This document shows, piece after piece, positions 15,196 to 28,229 of a DNA stretch of 64,000 bases; the first letter of the stretch is position 1; each line of letters begins with the position of its first letter. This DNA comes from Octopus vulgaris (lineage: Eukaryota), in assembly GCA_951406725.2 (NCBI GenBank), contig OX597832.1:36704001-36768000 (forward strand). The letters are read 5' to 3'. The notes beneath the pieces were generated by a model that was not told the DNA's origin, did not search any database, and worked only from the letters and a program-made list of their open reading frames with translations. The position numbers were made by a program, and so were the translations under genes.

Positions 15196-15688
15196 TAAGT
15201 ATCAGTAAGAGGATTATTATTTAGCCAAAGAAAATCTGCCTCAACAAATTTTGTCTGACCCATGCAGGCATAGAAAAATGGAAGTCAAAATGACAATGGT
15301 GATGATGATGATGATGAATATATCTATATGTAATTATATGTGATGTGGAGGGTGTATTTGCATGATATGAGATGTTTGTGTATGTATAGATATCCGTGTC
15401 TTATTGAATATATATGTATATGTACAAGTACATATGTGTAAGTATCTGTATGTTTGTAAGCATGGAATTTAATATGGTTATCATGTCTTCCAGTAAATAA
15501 AATTAATAAATAAAATTAAATCTTATTTCCTTTTTGTTTTTTTTTTAGTGGAATGTTTTATCAATTTAAAATATATTTAAAATATCTTGAGATATGCTGT
15601 AATCTTCTTATATTGAATGTTGACTTAACTAGCATTAGGTGTATGCGTGTCTATTCCTCACAAACATTTGTACTGTGAAATGTACATT

Positions 15689-15690
<2 letters not shown>

Positions 15691-15731
<41 letters not shown>

Positions 15732-16106
15732 TATTTATATATACATACATACATGTATATATGTATGTATATGTATATATACCAGAATGGAAGGCAGATG
15801 TTAAATGGTGTGTGTGTGTATATATATGTGTGTGTGTGTGTCTATGTATATGTGTGTGTATGTATGTATATATGTGTATATGTGGGTGTGTATGTATATA
15901 TATGTGTATGCATATGTATGTATATGTGGGTGTGTATGTATATATATATGTGTATGCATATGTATGTATATATGTGTATGTATACATATATGTGTGTTTG
16001 TGTATATATGTATATATATATATGTATGTGTGTGTATATATATATATATACATACATACACACATATATATATATATACATACACACACACACATATATA
16101 TATATA
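15691..16106. repeat. Compound (TA)/(TG)/(CA) microsatellite
   Basis: Direct reading. Confidence 0.9.
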
Positions 16107-16465
16107 AACTTCTGGTTCGTGTTTATTTCTAGAATTCTGGATCAGCTTTGATATTAGATATTTAAATTGCCATGATCATAGTGCTGGTGCTGGTGGTGGT
16201 GGTGGTGGTGGTGGTGGTACCACTAAGCACACACACACACTCGTGTATATAATGTTGGTGTTGATATTTGTTACACTAAATAAGTAAAAGACCCACTCTG
16301 TTATATTTCTCACTTGTGGCTGTTAACTTCTCTCTGGGAGGATAACTTACTCAAATATTTATGTTAACATCAAAATCTGTGAAACTTCTCACTTCTGCTG
16401 CATTGAGGCTATTCATGTTTGGCTCTGGTCTTTAGCTCTTTCATTTTAGCACATTGTTGATTTGC

Positions 16466-16650
16466 TTTAGTAAGGCTGTAGTTGTTGCAGTAGACCTTTA
16501 GTTGTTCTAGTAAGACTACGTGTTGAGGTAGACCTACAGTTGTTTTGGTAAAGCTTCATTTGTTTAGATGAACTGGTAGTTATTTTAGTAAGACTGCAGT
16601 TGTTTAGGTAGATGTATAACTGGTTTAGTAAGCGTTTGGTTGTTAGTTTC
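16466..16650. repeat. Degenerate minisatellite, about 20-21 bp monomer in about 41 bp dimers
   Basis: Repeated tagtaag(g/a)ct..agttgtt..ggtagacc..agttgtt units. Confidence 0.65.
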
Positions 16651-19121
16651 TATTGGCCCCTAACCGTTCTACGTCCAAATGTGGTTGCAAACACACGCAT
16701 TTACCTTTCCCACTCAAACAATGCAAAGCAGACTTTGACAAGATTTGAACTTGGGATCCTAAGTTACAAAAGAACTATGGCAATGCATTTGATTTAATGT
16801 TCTAGCAAAGTAGCCGAATGACCATCACACACACACACACACACACACACTGCTTATGACATTGCCTGTCTAGATATCTATATATCTGTCACTCTAGCAG
16901 AATAATGTATCACATGACTGACTATATATGGTATTAGATTCTTACTTCATTGTTGTTGTCAACATCATTATCATCATCATCATCATCTTAATTAATATTG
17001 TTGTCGGTGTCATTATCATCATCATGAGATAATAGTTTCCTCACACCTCCTTCAGTATTGTAATGTGAAGTGTCCAAAACATGAGAGTGGTGTGGGGGAT
17101 GTGTGGTTAGCAGTGGTGGGAGGTTAACACCACCACAATGAACAACATCAAATCAAACATGGCCAATATGAAAGTGTTGAATTATTTAAGCCCCTTAAGT
17201 TGTTAATAATCTCTCTCTGTTGCAGGAATCCTTTTAAAGGCAAGTAAAAGGTGAAACAGGGAAGAGATGTATAAAATTCCCTTCCCAAGCACTCCCCCTC
17301 CCTGCCACCTCAGCACAGTTAAGTTAGAGGGAGAAGGGGACATGCCCATTGCCAGATTCTTTCATAGAAGCATGACATTGATAAAACATGTTGACTATGG
17401 AATTGGTTAGATTGAGATCTCTGATAAGTAATTAGTAGGAGAGGGATATGGAGGAAATTTGGCTGCCATTTCTGGTAGATTGATGTCTTAGAAAGGACAC
17501 ATTCGATAATATGGTTTTAAGTTCTCAATGCCTAGGGAAAAAATGGGATAGCCAGGTTGAAAGCCTCTTGGTTTAAGGCTGAGTTCGGATTAAACAATAA
17601 TGTCAACAACAATCTTATCAGAGGAAGGAGTTCCAGGGTGTTGTAGATGTGAGGAGGAACACTTGGACTGGGTGGAAAATATGCAGAAGTGAGGTAGAAG
17701 AAAGAGGGATGGGTGTCTTGTAGTGTCAGTATCATTCAGAAATCTCTTAATTATAGAGAGGAAGTGTTGTCTTTGGAATATGGTTTTAGTAAATTTGTAA
17801 ATGTGTTTTCATAATGAGAAGACCATTATAAAAAAAAAGGGACTTAATTGATCAGCATGTATCAGATAGTATTGGCATTTAGATGTGTGTATTTGTGTAG
17901 ATAGGTAGGTAGATATGCCTCTATTGTGACAAAATATCTGTATATACAGGTGAAGTTGTGAATTCTATAATCAGTAAGTTGTGCAGATTCCATCAGAATC
18001 ATTGATTCCAACTGATTCAGAAGACTGCTGCCAATTTTTATAGCAGCCATCAATGTATTCCAGCATGCTTAAGCTGAATATGTACGAACATGCTTGGACA
18101 TAAACAGAAATACACAGACACATGTATATGGGGGAAATGTAGGCAGGCATACATGGGCACGTACATAAGTACACACTCACAAGCACACATGCACACACAC
18201 ACACACACATGCTACATCCCCCACCACTGCCATCATTACCATGTGTCTTTAACCACCATACTGCAATTTTCCTTCCTCACCACTACGACAACACTTTTCA
18301 TGGTTGATACTTAGTGTGTGTGTGTGTGGGGGGGGGGTTGTATACCTGTGTGTGTCCGGGTGGGGGGGTTGTATACCTGTGTGTGTCTATATGTAATTTT
18401 GTGTATTTATGGCTTGATATAAGTTTCTGTATCTGTGCACATTCGTGCATGCATGTTTGTGTGTGTTTGTTCCGCTATATGATTGGTCAAGGATGTATAA
18501 TTCATTCATGTTAATACAATGTTAGCGTTCATATCCACACACACACACAACACTTATGATGAGGCTCCATCTTCTGGTATTTGATTCATTCACAGCAACA
18601 GCAACAACAGCAATCACGACTACAACAGATCTTTTTTCTAAAATTATAGGGTTTATTTTTTTATTTTTGTTTTGTTATTGTTGTTTATTTAGTTTCAAAT
18701 TTCAGTAAAAAAACAGCAAACATTTTTGCAAACAGTTTTCAAGAGAGATTTTAGCATCTCTTTCTTGTGTGTATGTGTGTGTATATCCAGTGGTTTCGAT
18801 TCTAATTCCTTCCTTCATATCAATTATGCTTTCTGTTTCTAATTAATAATCATTGCATTATGAGATGCATGTCTGATTTAGTAAATTCTACCTCCCTGTA
18901 TTTACTGATGCATGGGCTGGTCCCTAATTAAATGCTAACCCTTTCACAAGTTCTGCTAATATGGTACTTCACTGAAACTGTCTTGCTGGCTCATTAATTC
19001 TGCTTCATAATTACCTCATTATATGTGAGGTAACTCATAATAGCGTTGCTGCTGTTGTTGTTATGGTCAGTTGTGTTCTAGGTGCTGCTGCTGTCATTGT
19101 AATCAGTTGTGCCTAAAGAAT

Positions 19122-19348
19122 TTAACACTTTTGCATTTAAACTGGTCATATCCAACCCCAAATTCTGCCTGTTTTATGTTTAGACTGGCCAGATCTGGCC
19201 TTTCACATTAACCCTTCAATATCATTCTTAAAATAAACAATCACATTATCAAAATCTTGAAGCTACAACATAATGCATGATTATTTAAAAACAGTGTGAT
19301 TAAATAAGCATTACATTTGAAAGGGTAATCAGAATGCTAAGGGGTTAA
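19122..19348 (+). mobile_element. piggyBac-type MITE (family P1)
   Basis: ttaa-cacttttgcatt ... aatgctaagggg-ttaa; internal match to 178-408 and 47576-47815. Confidence 0.75.
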
Positions 19349-19405
19349 AGTTTCAAACCATTCCAGTTGTTTTCCTCTTTGAGTATTGTCTGGAATTATG
19401 CTGTG

Positions 19406-19736
19406 GGATCTATTCAATCTGACTCACAGAATTTTAATTAACTTTTTTTAACCAGTATCCGAAGTTTCAAACTGTTTAGTTAAAAAAAGTTGTTGCCCTT
19501 CCATTACCTTCATAAACAGCAGTAACTTTCTTCACCTGAATACATGTCATTGATTGGTTAAGATTACCCAAATATGACAACTTTAACATGAAATAACTTC
19601 TAAAATACAAAATTTTGTCAAAAACGTTAAGAGTAAACCATGTTCTGTGTGACACATTCAACCAGTATCCAAAGTTTCAAACTGTTTAGTTTAAACAAAT
19701 TAATTAAAAATTCTGTAACTGAGAATGAATGGATCC
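19406..19736. mobile_element. MITE with GG-starting TIRs of about 50 bp and an 8-bp TSD (Merlin- or Mutator-like)
   Basis: Exact ATGCTGTG duplication at 19398-19405 and 19737-19744. Termini ggatctattcaatct...cagaattttaattaa and ttaattaaaaattctg...gaatgaatggatcc are inverted. Internal direct repeat of about 35 bp. Confidence 0.7.
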
Positions 19737-21009
19737 ATGCTGTGTACTTACTATGATATATGTGGTCTATCTTACACTCCATTGTAGATTAGGAGAGAGA
19801 AAAGCAACAGTATAATTTTGAGGAAAGTTCGTTTGTGTTACCCTTCTTCATCTGCTTTAGCCATTACTCAATCTATATTGATCAGTCATCATGGGTCCTA
19901 CTGACTTTCTCCCTCCTGGTCAGTCGTTAATCAAATATTGTATCTGTTTGCTCATTCACTTTGACCATTCAGTTTGTATTGAAAGGCTGCTTCTGTTCAT
20001 GTATACAAGCTCTGTGTTTAGCTTAGGATGTGGTGGGTTTGAATCTCTTGTGATTGGCAATACATCACAAAATGTGGGCTTAGTATGAAAAGTGATTTTA
20101 TTCTAGTATCTTGGCATGTCCATGTGTATTGTATATATTTGGATCAGTTGAGAGAGAGAGATTGTTTTTAAAATGATATCTTGTTATTTAGATGAATGTA
20201 GCTTATCAGGAATTTCGTGGTTATTTAGAATGGTCTTGTAGTGTTCCAGTGTAGGTTGTTGGTCATATACTGACTGATGTTAGACATGCTGCAACAGCCT
20301 ACAACAATGAATTCTAGTCTTCAATGCAACTGATCAGTCTTCCAGTTTTAATTCTAAAATTCTAGAATTACTTCATCCTGTCATATTGTATACTGAGAAG
20401 CTAAGAGGTAGTAGGGTCTTATAGGAGAACCTTTCCAAGAAAGACTGTCTTCCATCGTAAACCAATGTGTGAAATAAGATGGAAGTAGTTAATGTTCCCC
20501 AGCCAATAGATTAATTATACAAATTCAAATACAAACCCATAAAAATGTTCCCCCATAAATGATTCAGCTTCTCTGAGCAATACTAGCTGTTTGGAAAACA
20601 TGGTTTATGATCCTCTCCCATCTTGGCACACAATCTTACTCTCTAGTTTTTCATTGCATTGTAATCCATCTTTCTTTCTGTGCTGACAGATGTTGATGAT
20701 GGTGGTGGGGATGGTAGTGGTAGGGGTGGTGCCCATAAATCATTTAGTGATGATGTATTTATTATTACACCCTGATTGTTCCACCTTTTAGAATTAGGAG
20801 ACCAATTTATATTTCTGCAGTCTTAAAACTCTCTTTTATGCCAGAAGCCCTACCCACTGCTGTCTTAGCATACAACCACCTTACCAACTTGTCCGTCTCA
20901 GAATATATTCTCTCTGCCATTATTGTCTTTCACTTCTCCTCTCTCTCTGGAATATTTTCTTCACTTTGGCTTATTGTTTTCATTTCCTTTAAAACATTTG
21001 TTAATATTG

Positions 21010-21557
21010 AGTAAAATCTATTTGCCAATGTAATGGCAGTCCTGATTAGGACAATGTTACTATCTTTTTTTAGTCCCAAGAAAACATCTTTTCCAGCTGG
21101 TTACCAATGTATAACTGCATCCTTATACCTCAAACAAAGGATCTAATGTCCCCACTCAGCCTTAAACGGTACCTCCAGACCATGGTTTCTGGGTTATTTC
21201 TCTTCATCAGCACAGGATAACCGTTGGCTAAAGATGCAGCACAAGGCCTTGCTCAAATTATATACTTTTAAAGTGACACACAGTCACTGATGCCATAAAG
21301 AAGAAAACAATTAGTTTTAAATCTCTGAGCAAAACGTAAGTAGTAACAGTACCCGAGAGTAAAGTCTCTTTGCCACCATAAAGTGGCAGTCCTGATTAGG
21401 ACGATGTTACTACCTTTTTTAGCTCTAGGAAAACCTCTTTTCCAGCTGGCTACCAGGTAGTAACAGCATCCTAATCAGGACTGCCACTTTACATTGGCAA
21501 ATAGATTTTACTCTGGGGTACTGCTATTTCTTATTTATCACTCAGAGATTTAAAACT
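21010..21557 (-). mobile_element. Non-autonomous hammerhead-bearing element (retrozyme / Penelope pLTR-like)
   Basis: 14-bp TSD atttgttaatattg (20996-21009, 21558-21571). Direct repeat with about 350 bp period. Inverted repeat with arms of about 105 bp (21311-21414 vs 21456-21560). Hammerhead core at 21170-21219. Confidence 0.75.
21170..21219 (-). ncRNA. Minimal type I hammerhead ribozyme motif
   Basis: Minus strand reads tatcctgtg CTGATGA agagaaataaccca GAAAC catg GTC tggaggta. Core is intact, stem III is palindromic (ACCATGGT), stems I and II are partly decayed. Confidence 0.7.
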
Positions 21558-22335
21558 ATTTGTTAATATTGTTAATTAGAAATCTGCATCAAATTCATTT
21601 TAATTAAAACCTTAGCTTTTACAATTAGTCATTAATGATGACAGATTTCAAGGTTGAGGTGGCAAGGTTGCTGTTTGGTATTTTGTTGTTTTATAATATT
21701 AATTCTGTTGTTGTTTAAGTCGCTTATTCATTTTGCTTTTACTCTGCCGAAAGTTTTAAAACTATTCTTACACTTCGCATAGTATATGCAGTATTTGGCA
21801 AAAGTTAACTTTTATTTTTAGAAGAGTTTTGCTGTCTTGCAATGTGAGTAGCAATACTTAGACGGTGAACAATTGGACTGTTAAGTCACTGGTAACTAAT
21901 ATAACAAACTGTGATTTTATAGTTCAAGTTTACCCAGAATGACTTGAATTCTTTCTTTTTTTCAAAGATCTCTAAAAGGTGAATTAAAAATAAGAATCAA
22001 ATCAATGAAAAATATATGGAAGATTCTTGAAGTTCTCTGACTGGTTACTTGATAGAGCTATTTGAATAGAATGGAAAAGTCATCTGGTGCAAGTTGTTTT
22101 TGAACATTAACTTCTGCCAGAGTTATTTCCTAAGAATAAACTGAGAAAGCAAAATGTAAACCAAAAGGGACTGGATTGTGGGTCCAATAAAAATAGAAAG
22201 CATAACCAGCAAAAATGTGACTTACATAACTTGCTTGCTGTTCACATTAAAGATGATCCAATTTTATCAATTTCCACTTAGAATGAAACTATAACTCTTG
22301 CTTATACAATTTTAATTGCCCACACACACACACAC

Positions 22336-22660
22336 AACTGGCACTCTGTCAGTTATGATGACAAGGGCTCCATTCGATCCAATCAACGGAACAGCCTGCT
22401 CATGAAATTAACATGCAGGTGGCTGAACACTCCACAGATATGCTTACCTTTAACATAGTTCTCATGTAGATTCAGTGACACAGAATGTGACAATGCAGAC
22501 CTTTGAAATACAGTTACAACTCATTTTTGCCAGCTGAGTGGACTGGAGCAAAATTGAAATAAAGTGTCTTGTTCAAGGACACAATGTGCTGCTAGGTATT
22601 GAACTCATGGCCTTCTGAATCTTGAGCCAAATACCCTAACCACTTAGCCGTGCACCTCCT
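22336..22660 (-). mobile_element. tRNA-headed SINE, family C
   Basis: cagctgagtggactggagcaa...aaataaagtgtcttgttcaaggacaca...ctaaccacttagcc; the head is related to 45240-45547 and 51243-51502. Confidence 0.65.
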
Positions 22661-23619
22661 CTTATAGACACACACAGTCCAGTGATTGATCAGCTGGTCA
22701 AAACTTTGCAAATGCTGTAAATACTATCCTTCTTAAAGAACAATAAACATGTGCTCTTCAAAAGTATAGAGGATCACTTCAGATTAATGTAAAATTGTTT
22801 TCATTTTAACTGAACATAAAAAACAACCATAATATATTTTTGTGTATAAACACACACAAAGCAGCATGGGTGATAACGTTTTCTTTTGCTCTAGAATGTG
22901 GAAGGGTTTTGCTGCTGAATTTTGTCTTGCAGAACAATTTCTTTATACAAAAAGTCTGGTGCATAAGACTGTGAACATACATGTACACATCTACATGTGT
23001 ATGTGTGTGAATTTGTTCAAAGCTGGCGATCCTCTCTGTCTCCCCACTGTTTCTCATTTTGTAGCAGTGGTATCAAATACCAGCTTCATCCAACTAAAAT
23101 ATTCCCTACTATATGAACTGAACAGTAATTTCCTTGTTCATGACTTAGAACTTGGAGAGTAGATAGGCAATAAATGTATCAGCTGATGTGTGCAAGACAG
23201 CCCAGTGCATTGGTATTGACATATCATGTGAGCATAAGACTGGTGCTGAATGAAATGCCTTGCTGTGTGCAGAGGACTGGAGATAAGGACGAGGGAAGCC
23301 AGATCGCAAGATGTTGTGACTTGCAATAACATGACACAAAACAGCAACAGACCTATCTAAACCTCAGCATTGATGTTAATGAAATGAACTTAGGCTGGGA
23401 ATAAATTCATGAACAATTATTTACCTCAGAATATCAATGCTGACAGTCATATATTAATGCTGTTTCAAATTATAATGAAACAACAACATCAATCAAACCT
23501 GAAGTTTGTACTCCACTTCTAGACCAGCGATTCAGCACAATGTGGTGCAGCTACTGTCTTCGCTTGGAACCTTCATAAAATGTTTGAGTTGAAAGCCAGC
23601 CGTGGGAAAACTACATTAT

Positions 23620-23690
23620 ATGTGTAAATATATGTTTCCTGAAGACAATCAGACTGAAACACTGTGGTGTAGAAACAACCAGAGAACGAG
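23620..23690 (+). CDS. Candidate coding part of an alternative first exon of Dlg (MCKYMFPEDNQTETLWCRNNQRT, ends in phase 2)
   Basis: Open frame from ATG to AG|gttaat at the end of about 600 bp of non-repetitive sequence, followed by U/GU-rich sequence. Phase fits the 25-nt exon at 24521. Donor is weak and no homology is recognised. Confidence 0.35.
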
Positions 23691-23937
23691 GTTAATAGTG
23701 TTGTTTTTTTGTTTGTTTGTTTTTTTTCATTATCAATGTCTATTGATCTATTGATATCTATAAAACATAAACATATATAGCTTCTGGTCAGATATTGATG
23801 TTATATAACTCTGTTGCTTAAAGTATTGAGTACTTTAGTTTTTTTACTTTGTGAATACTGTCATTCTTATGAACAAACACATTCTTATCTCTCTCTCTCT
23901 ACATATTTCTGTGTGTACATGTATGTATATTTATACA

Positions 23938-24002
<65 letters not shown>

Positions 24003-24520
24003 GTAGATTTACTTGAGTAGTAAACTCAGTCTGTCATTCAGATGAACACCACCTCATGTCACTTTGGGTACCTTTAGCAAAATCCATTCTGTTATAAGCA
24101 AAAAATAATAATAACTGCTGGGGTTGATTCATTCAGCTAAAAATTCTTCCAGGTGGTACCCCAGCATGGCTGCAGTTTCATGACTGAAACAAGCAAAAGA
24201 TAAAAGATATTTGTGTGTGCATGTGTGTGTGTATATAATGTGTATGAATGTGTGTATGTACATGCACACATACATGCAACCTACCTCTTCCTAAACCTCC
24301 TCTTCCTCCTCCTCATTATTCTTAACTGCTATAGCAACAAGAATGGGTTGGTGCTTTGCCCAGGGCATTCCATAGTGCCAGTGGCAGAACATGAACTTTG
24401 AATGCTTTAGCCAAGGGATCAATAACTCATTCACCTCTCTCTCTCTTCTCTGTCTGTCTTTCCTCTTTCTCTTTTTTCCTGTTTCCTCTCCCCCATAACT
24501 GACGTAATATATTGCTGTAG

Positions 24521-24545
24521 GTTTGTTGATCTTGCAACCCGGCAG
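24521..24545 (+). CDS. Candidate 25-nt microexon of Dlg (G+FVDLATRQ, phase 2 to 0)
   Basis: Long pyrimidine tract 24431-24494, branch-like actgac, ttgctgtag acceptor and CAG|gtattc donor. Ends in phase 0, in frame with 29266. Confidence 0.5.
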
Positions 24546-25859
24546 GTATTCAGGATGGTTCACTCACTCAACGATTCTATGGACTTCGATTTACCATTCT
24601 CATCTGTTCTTAATATCAAAGTTGTTCCTTTATTCATCTGTCATTCCATCAATAAGACTGTTGTGGTATGGCATTGTGCTGTATGTAACCATTCAAATTT
24701 GATAAACAGCACTTCCAGGGTCTTCAGATGGCATTTGTCAGGGTTTTGTTTTCTCAGTATATATTTCTATTTCTTGTCATCCCTGTTCCCATCCTTCTAC
24801 CTCTCCATCACCATTACACAAATCTCAACCTCTTCCTTCCATTTCCCCCAGTTTCCTGATCATCATCATTTTCATCATCAGTGTCACCATTACATCATCC
24901 TTTACCTCTTCTCTCCTTCCTTCCTCCTGTTTGTCCTACCCCCTTCTTGCTTCCCCTATCATCATCATCATCATCATCATCATCACATTATTCCCGTGCT
25001 AGAAGAAACAATGTGCTCATCTATCTTAGCCATAAATCATTAGTTTTAATTGCAACCTACTCCTGCCCCTTAATTACCTTTTCTCACTTTCTCCATTTTT
25101 CTTTTACCTCATGTCTTTGTACACACCCTCTCTTTCACCCAGGCCCCATAATTATTACCCCACCGGGGCTCCATGTATTTCCATTCCTTCACCTAGTTTC
25201 TTCAGTCGTGCTGCTTTCACAGATTGCCATCCAATTCCATTGTTATGAATTTGAATAGGGAATTTGAGTCATAATGAATCTTTCACAACCATGGACGCCA
25301 CCCTTACGGATGCGTTGCATTTACTCTCTTGATAAAGCTTGGTGATCCTGACCATTGATCTTTTAGGATTCCTCCACTCAGCATCAATGAAAGAAGCATC
25401 ATTAGCTCAGTTGAGGTCTTCTGCTAACTCTTCACAATCTGCCATGCTGTAGTCCCATGACTTTGCCGTATCCCTGACACGGTGGCTGAAGAGGTGCTTT
25501 ACCTTGCCAAAGGGCAACCAGTAATTATGCAGGGCGTGGTCATCACTCCACAAAGTATTCTCAAAATACCCACATACCCTTTTCACCAAGCTATTTCATC
25601 TTTATTCTACCTCACCTCTCTCTCCACCCTCTCACACAGCCACCTTTCACAATGCCATCTCTGCAGTTGATTTCTAACTGTATACTGAGTACTGGGGTTC
25701 ATTTATTTTCTTTTTGACTAATCCTTCAAGGTGACATGGTGATGCCCCAGCATAGCCACGTTCCAGTGACTGAAACAAGTAAAAAAAATAAGAGAATTTT
25801 CAGCTAGACTGAGTGTAGTAACTTTAGTGTGACTGCCAGATCATTGACCTCTACTCTTC

Positions 25860-26250
25860 CTTTTTACTTGTTTCAGTCATTGGACTGCTGCCATACTGGA
25901 GCACTGCCTTGAAGAGTTTAGTAAAATTGACTCCAGTCCTCGTACTTTTTTCTTTAAAGCCTGGTATTTATTCTATCGGTATCTTTTGCCAAACTGCTAA
26001 GTATGGACATGTAAGCAAACCAACAACACCAGTTGTCAAGCAGTAATGGGGGACAAGCACACACAGACACGCACATGGCCCATTGTGCACACACACATCT
26101 TTTTTCAGTTTCCATCTACCAAGTCCCTTCACAAAACCTTTGTTGGTCTTGGACGATAGCAGAAGACACTTGTCTAAGGTGCCATGCAGTGGAACTGAAC
26201 CTGGAGCCATGTGGTTGGAAAGCAAGTTTCTTTCCACACAGCAACACCTG
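25860..26250 (-). mobile_element. SINE family A
   Basis: Full set of family A blocks. Confidence 0.75.
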
Positions 26251-28229
26251 TCTCTATATAGTATCAAGTGGCTGAGTATTCCTCAGCCCTCATGTAAACT
26301 TAGTCTTAACACAGACAAGTGTTACATTGACACATGAAATTAAAGGGCCATTCCACATGATGAGTGCCATGCTCTTCCTGTTTTCCTGATTTCATTCAAA
26401 AGACTTGAGTTGAACTGGTGCCATGGCAGAAAACTCTGATTCAAAGTGGGTTGGAACCTTATAACCTTGTGGTTGCAAACAGAACCACCTGCCACCCCTA
26501 CAATTGGTCATTGTTGGTCCCATTTCTGAGTGTCAACCACAATCACTCTTAGCTTTCTTTCTCTCTGTCTGTTGCCATTTCTCAGAGTTCCTAAATTGTC
26601 AGATATATTCTTCCTTCACTGAACTTACTGACACAAGTCTCAGGTTTTCTCTTTTATTTTTCTCTTCTCCTTTTCTCTTTTCCTTTTTAAAGATGAAAGA
26701 CACTTTGTGAATGCATTTGAGAATCTAACCAACTTAAATGCCTTTGATAAAACATGTTTCTTCAACATTATGCCATTATGCTTTATTTTTTTATAGTATT
26801 TTAATAATCTGGTATTTTTTTTTATTTATTAGAGTTATCAATATTCATATTAACCATAATCGTTGCATGACTATAGATTTGGAACACTTTAGAGAATTTC
26901 TTTTTTAATAAATGTTTAACTAAATAAAATTTACTGAGATTTTTCCATTAAAATTGAAGTAAAAGAGGAAGAACTGCAATAAAAAGAAAAAAAAAGAGAA
27001 ATCTTAATATTTTAACCAAAATTCAACTTATTCTGTGCCCCCAAATGACAGTCTTTTTTAAAACAGTCTTAAGAACCAGTTCCACATCCAAAATACATTC
27101 TAATGTAACAGTTTGCCTACAAAGAATATTTCTCTTTCCATTTCTTTCTTTATTCTAAATCTGAGGGTTAAAACTCTTAATCTTATAAAATAGATGATTT
27201 TTAACCCCCAACACTCCAGCAGATTTTGCAACAGAATCTCTTGCCATTTATAGAACTTTCTTTCCAGGCAATAGTTGCTGCATTTAATGCGCATATTTTC
27301 TACATAAGCTCTTTATGTTTTCTAGTATTTGTTGCTACTATTGTTGTAGGTATCATTATTGTTATTATTTTTAAGATTTTGAAAATTTAGAAGATTTTCA
27401 AGGTTTTTATTTACTCTTTGTTTAAAATATAAAATCTGATTTCATCCTCAGAACTTCATCTTTCTGGAATTTATACTTCAAGACTTTTGTTTTTGTATTT
27501 TATACACAAACTACACGGAAGGTGCAGAATAAACATACCATATTTTGCTTCAAAACTGAATGTATACACACATCTCACTTGTGTAATTTAGGCATGTGCG
27601 TGTACACCTATTTTAATACACATTACATGCTCAATTTGAACACATATCTATCCCACTTATACACACACACACAATTATACATACATACTTAGATACACAA
27701 AACCATTACCTCATCCCTCAGAAGTTCCCATCTCTTCTGAAAAAAAAAAAATCTCTCTTTCTTCCATCCACCACATATCAAATTTTGATTTTTCCTACAA
27801 TTATCCCAATGAAACAGCACCATGTATACAAATGTATACAATTTCTGTGTATGTGTGTATAATATGTAGTGGATGTGTATACAATATGTGCTTGTGTTTG
27901 CACAATAACATGTGCATGTATAATGTATATCTGTAATAATGTATGTATATGTGTAGTTCTGTGTATATATATATATAGATGAGTGATAATGTGTATGCGT
28001 ATAGGCACTGTGTGGCAAATGATTAAGTTCACTTTGCAGTCTGAGGTTAGTACCACTGGATGGCATCTTAGGTGAATGGCATTGTCTATGGCGTCAGATC
28101 AATACATGGCTAGTGAGTGAAACTGGGTGGATGGAATCTGTATAGAAAGCAGCTTGTCAGATAGTTTGTGCCCATAATTCAACGTTCCAGCATTGTTACA
28201 CACCGTGTAACATGCTGATGTACATTACA

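Noticed and set aside
17540-17740. Possible CR1/L2-type LINE 3' remnant (minus strand, PWNSF); similar hint at 51780-51990
   Set aside because: Too degenerate to assign by eye.
23254-23328. MPCCVQR... ORF resembling a palmitoylated N-terminus
   Set aside because: It stops after 24 codons with no donor; at most an upstream ORF.
25270-25600. GC-richer coding-like patch
   Set aside because: No family motif recognised; possibly an old LINE fragment.
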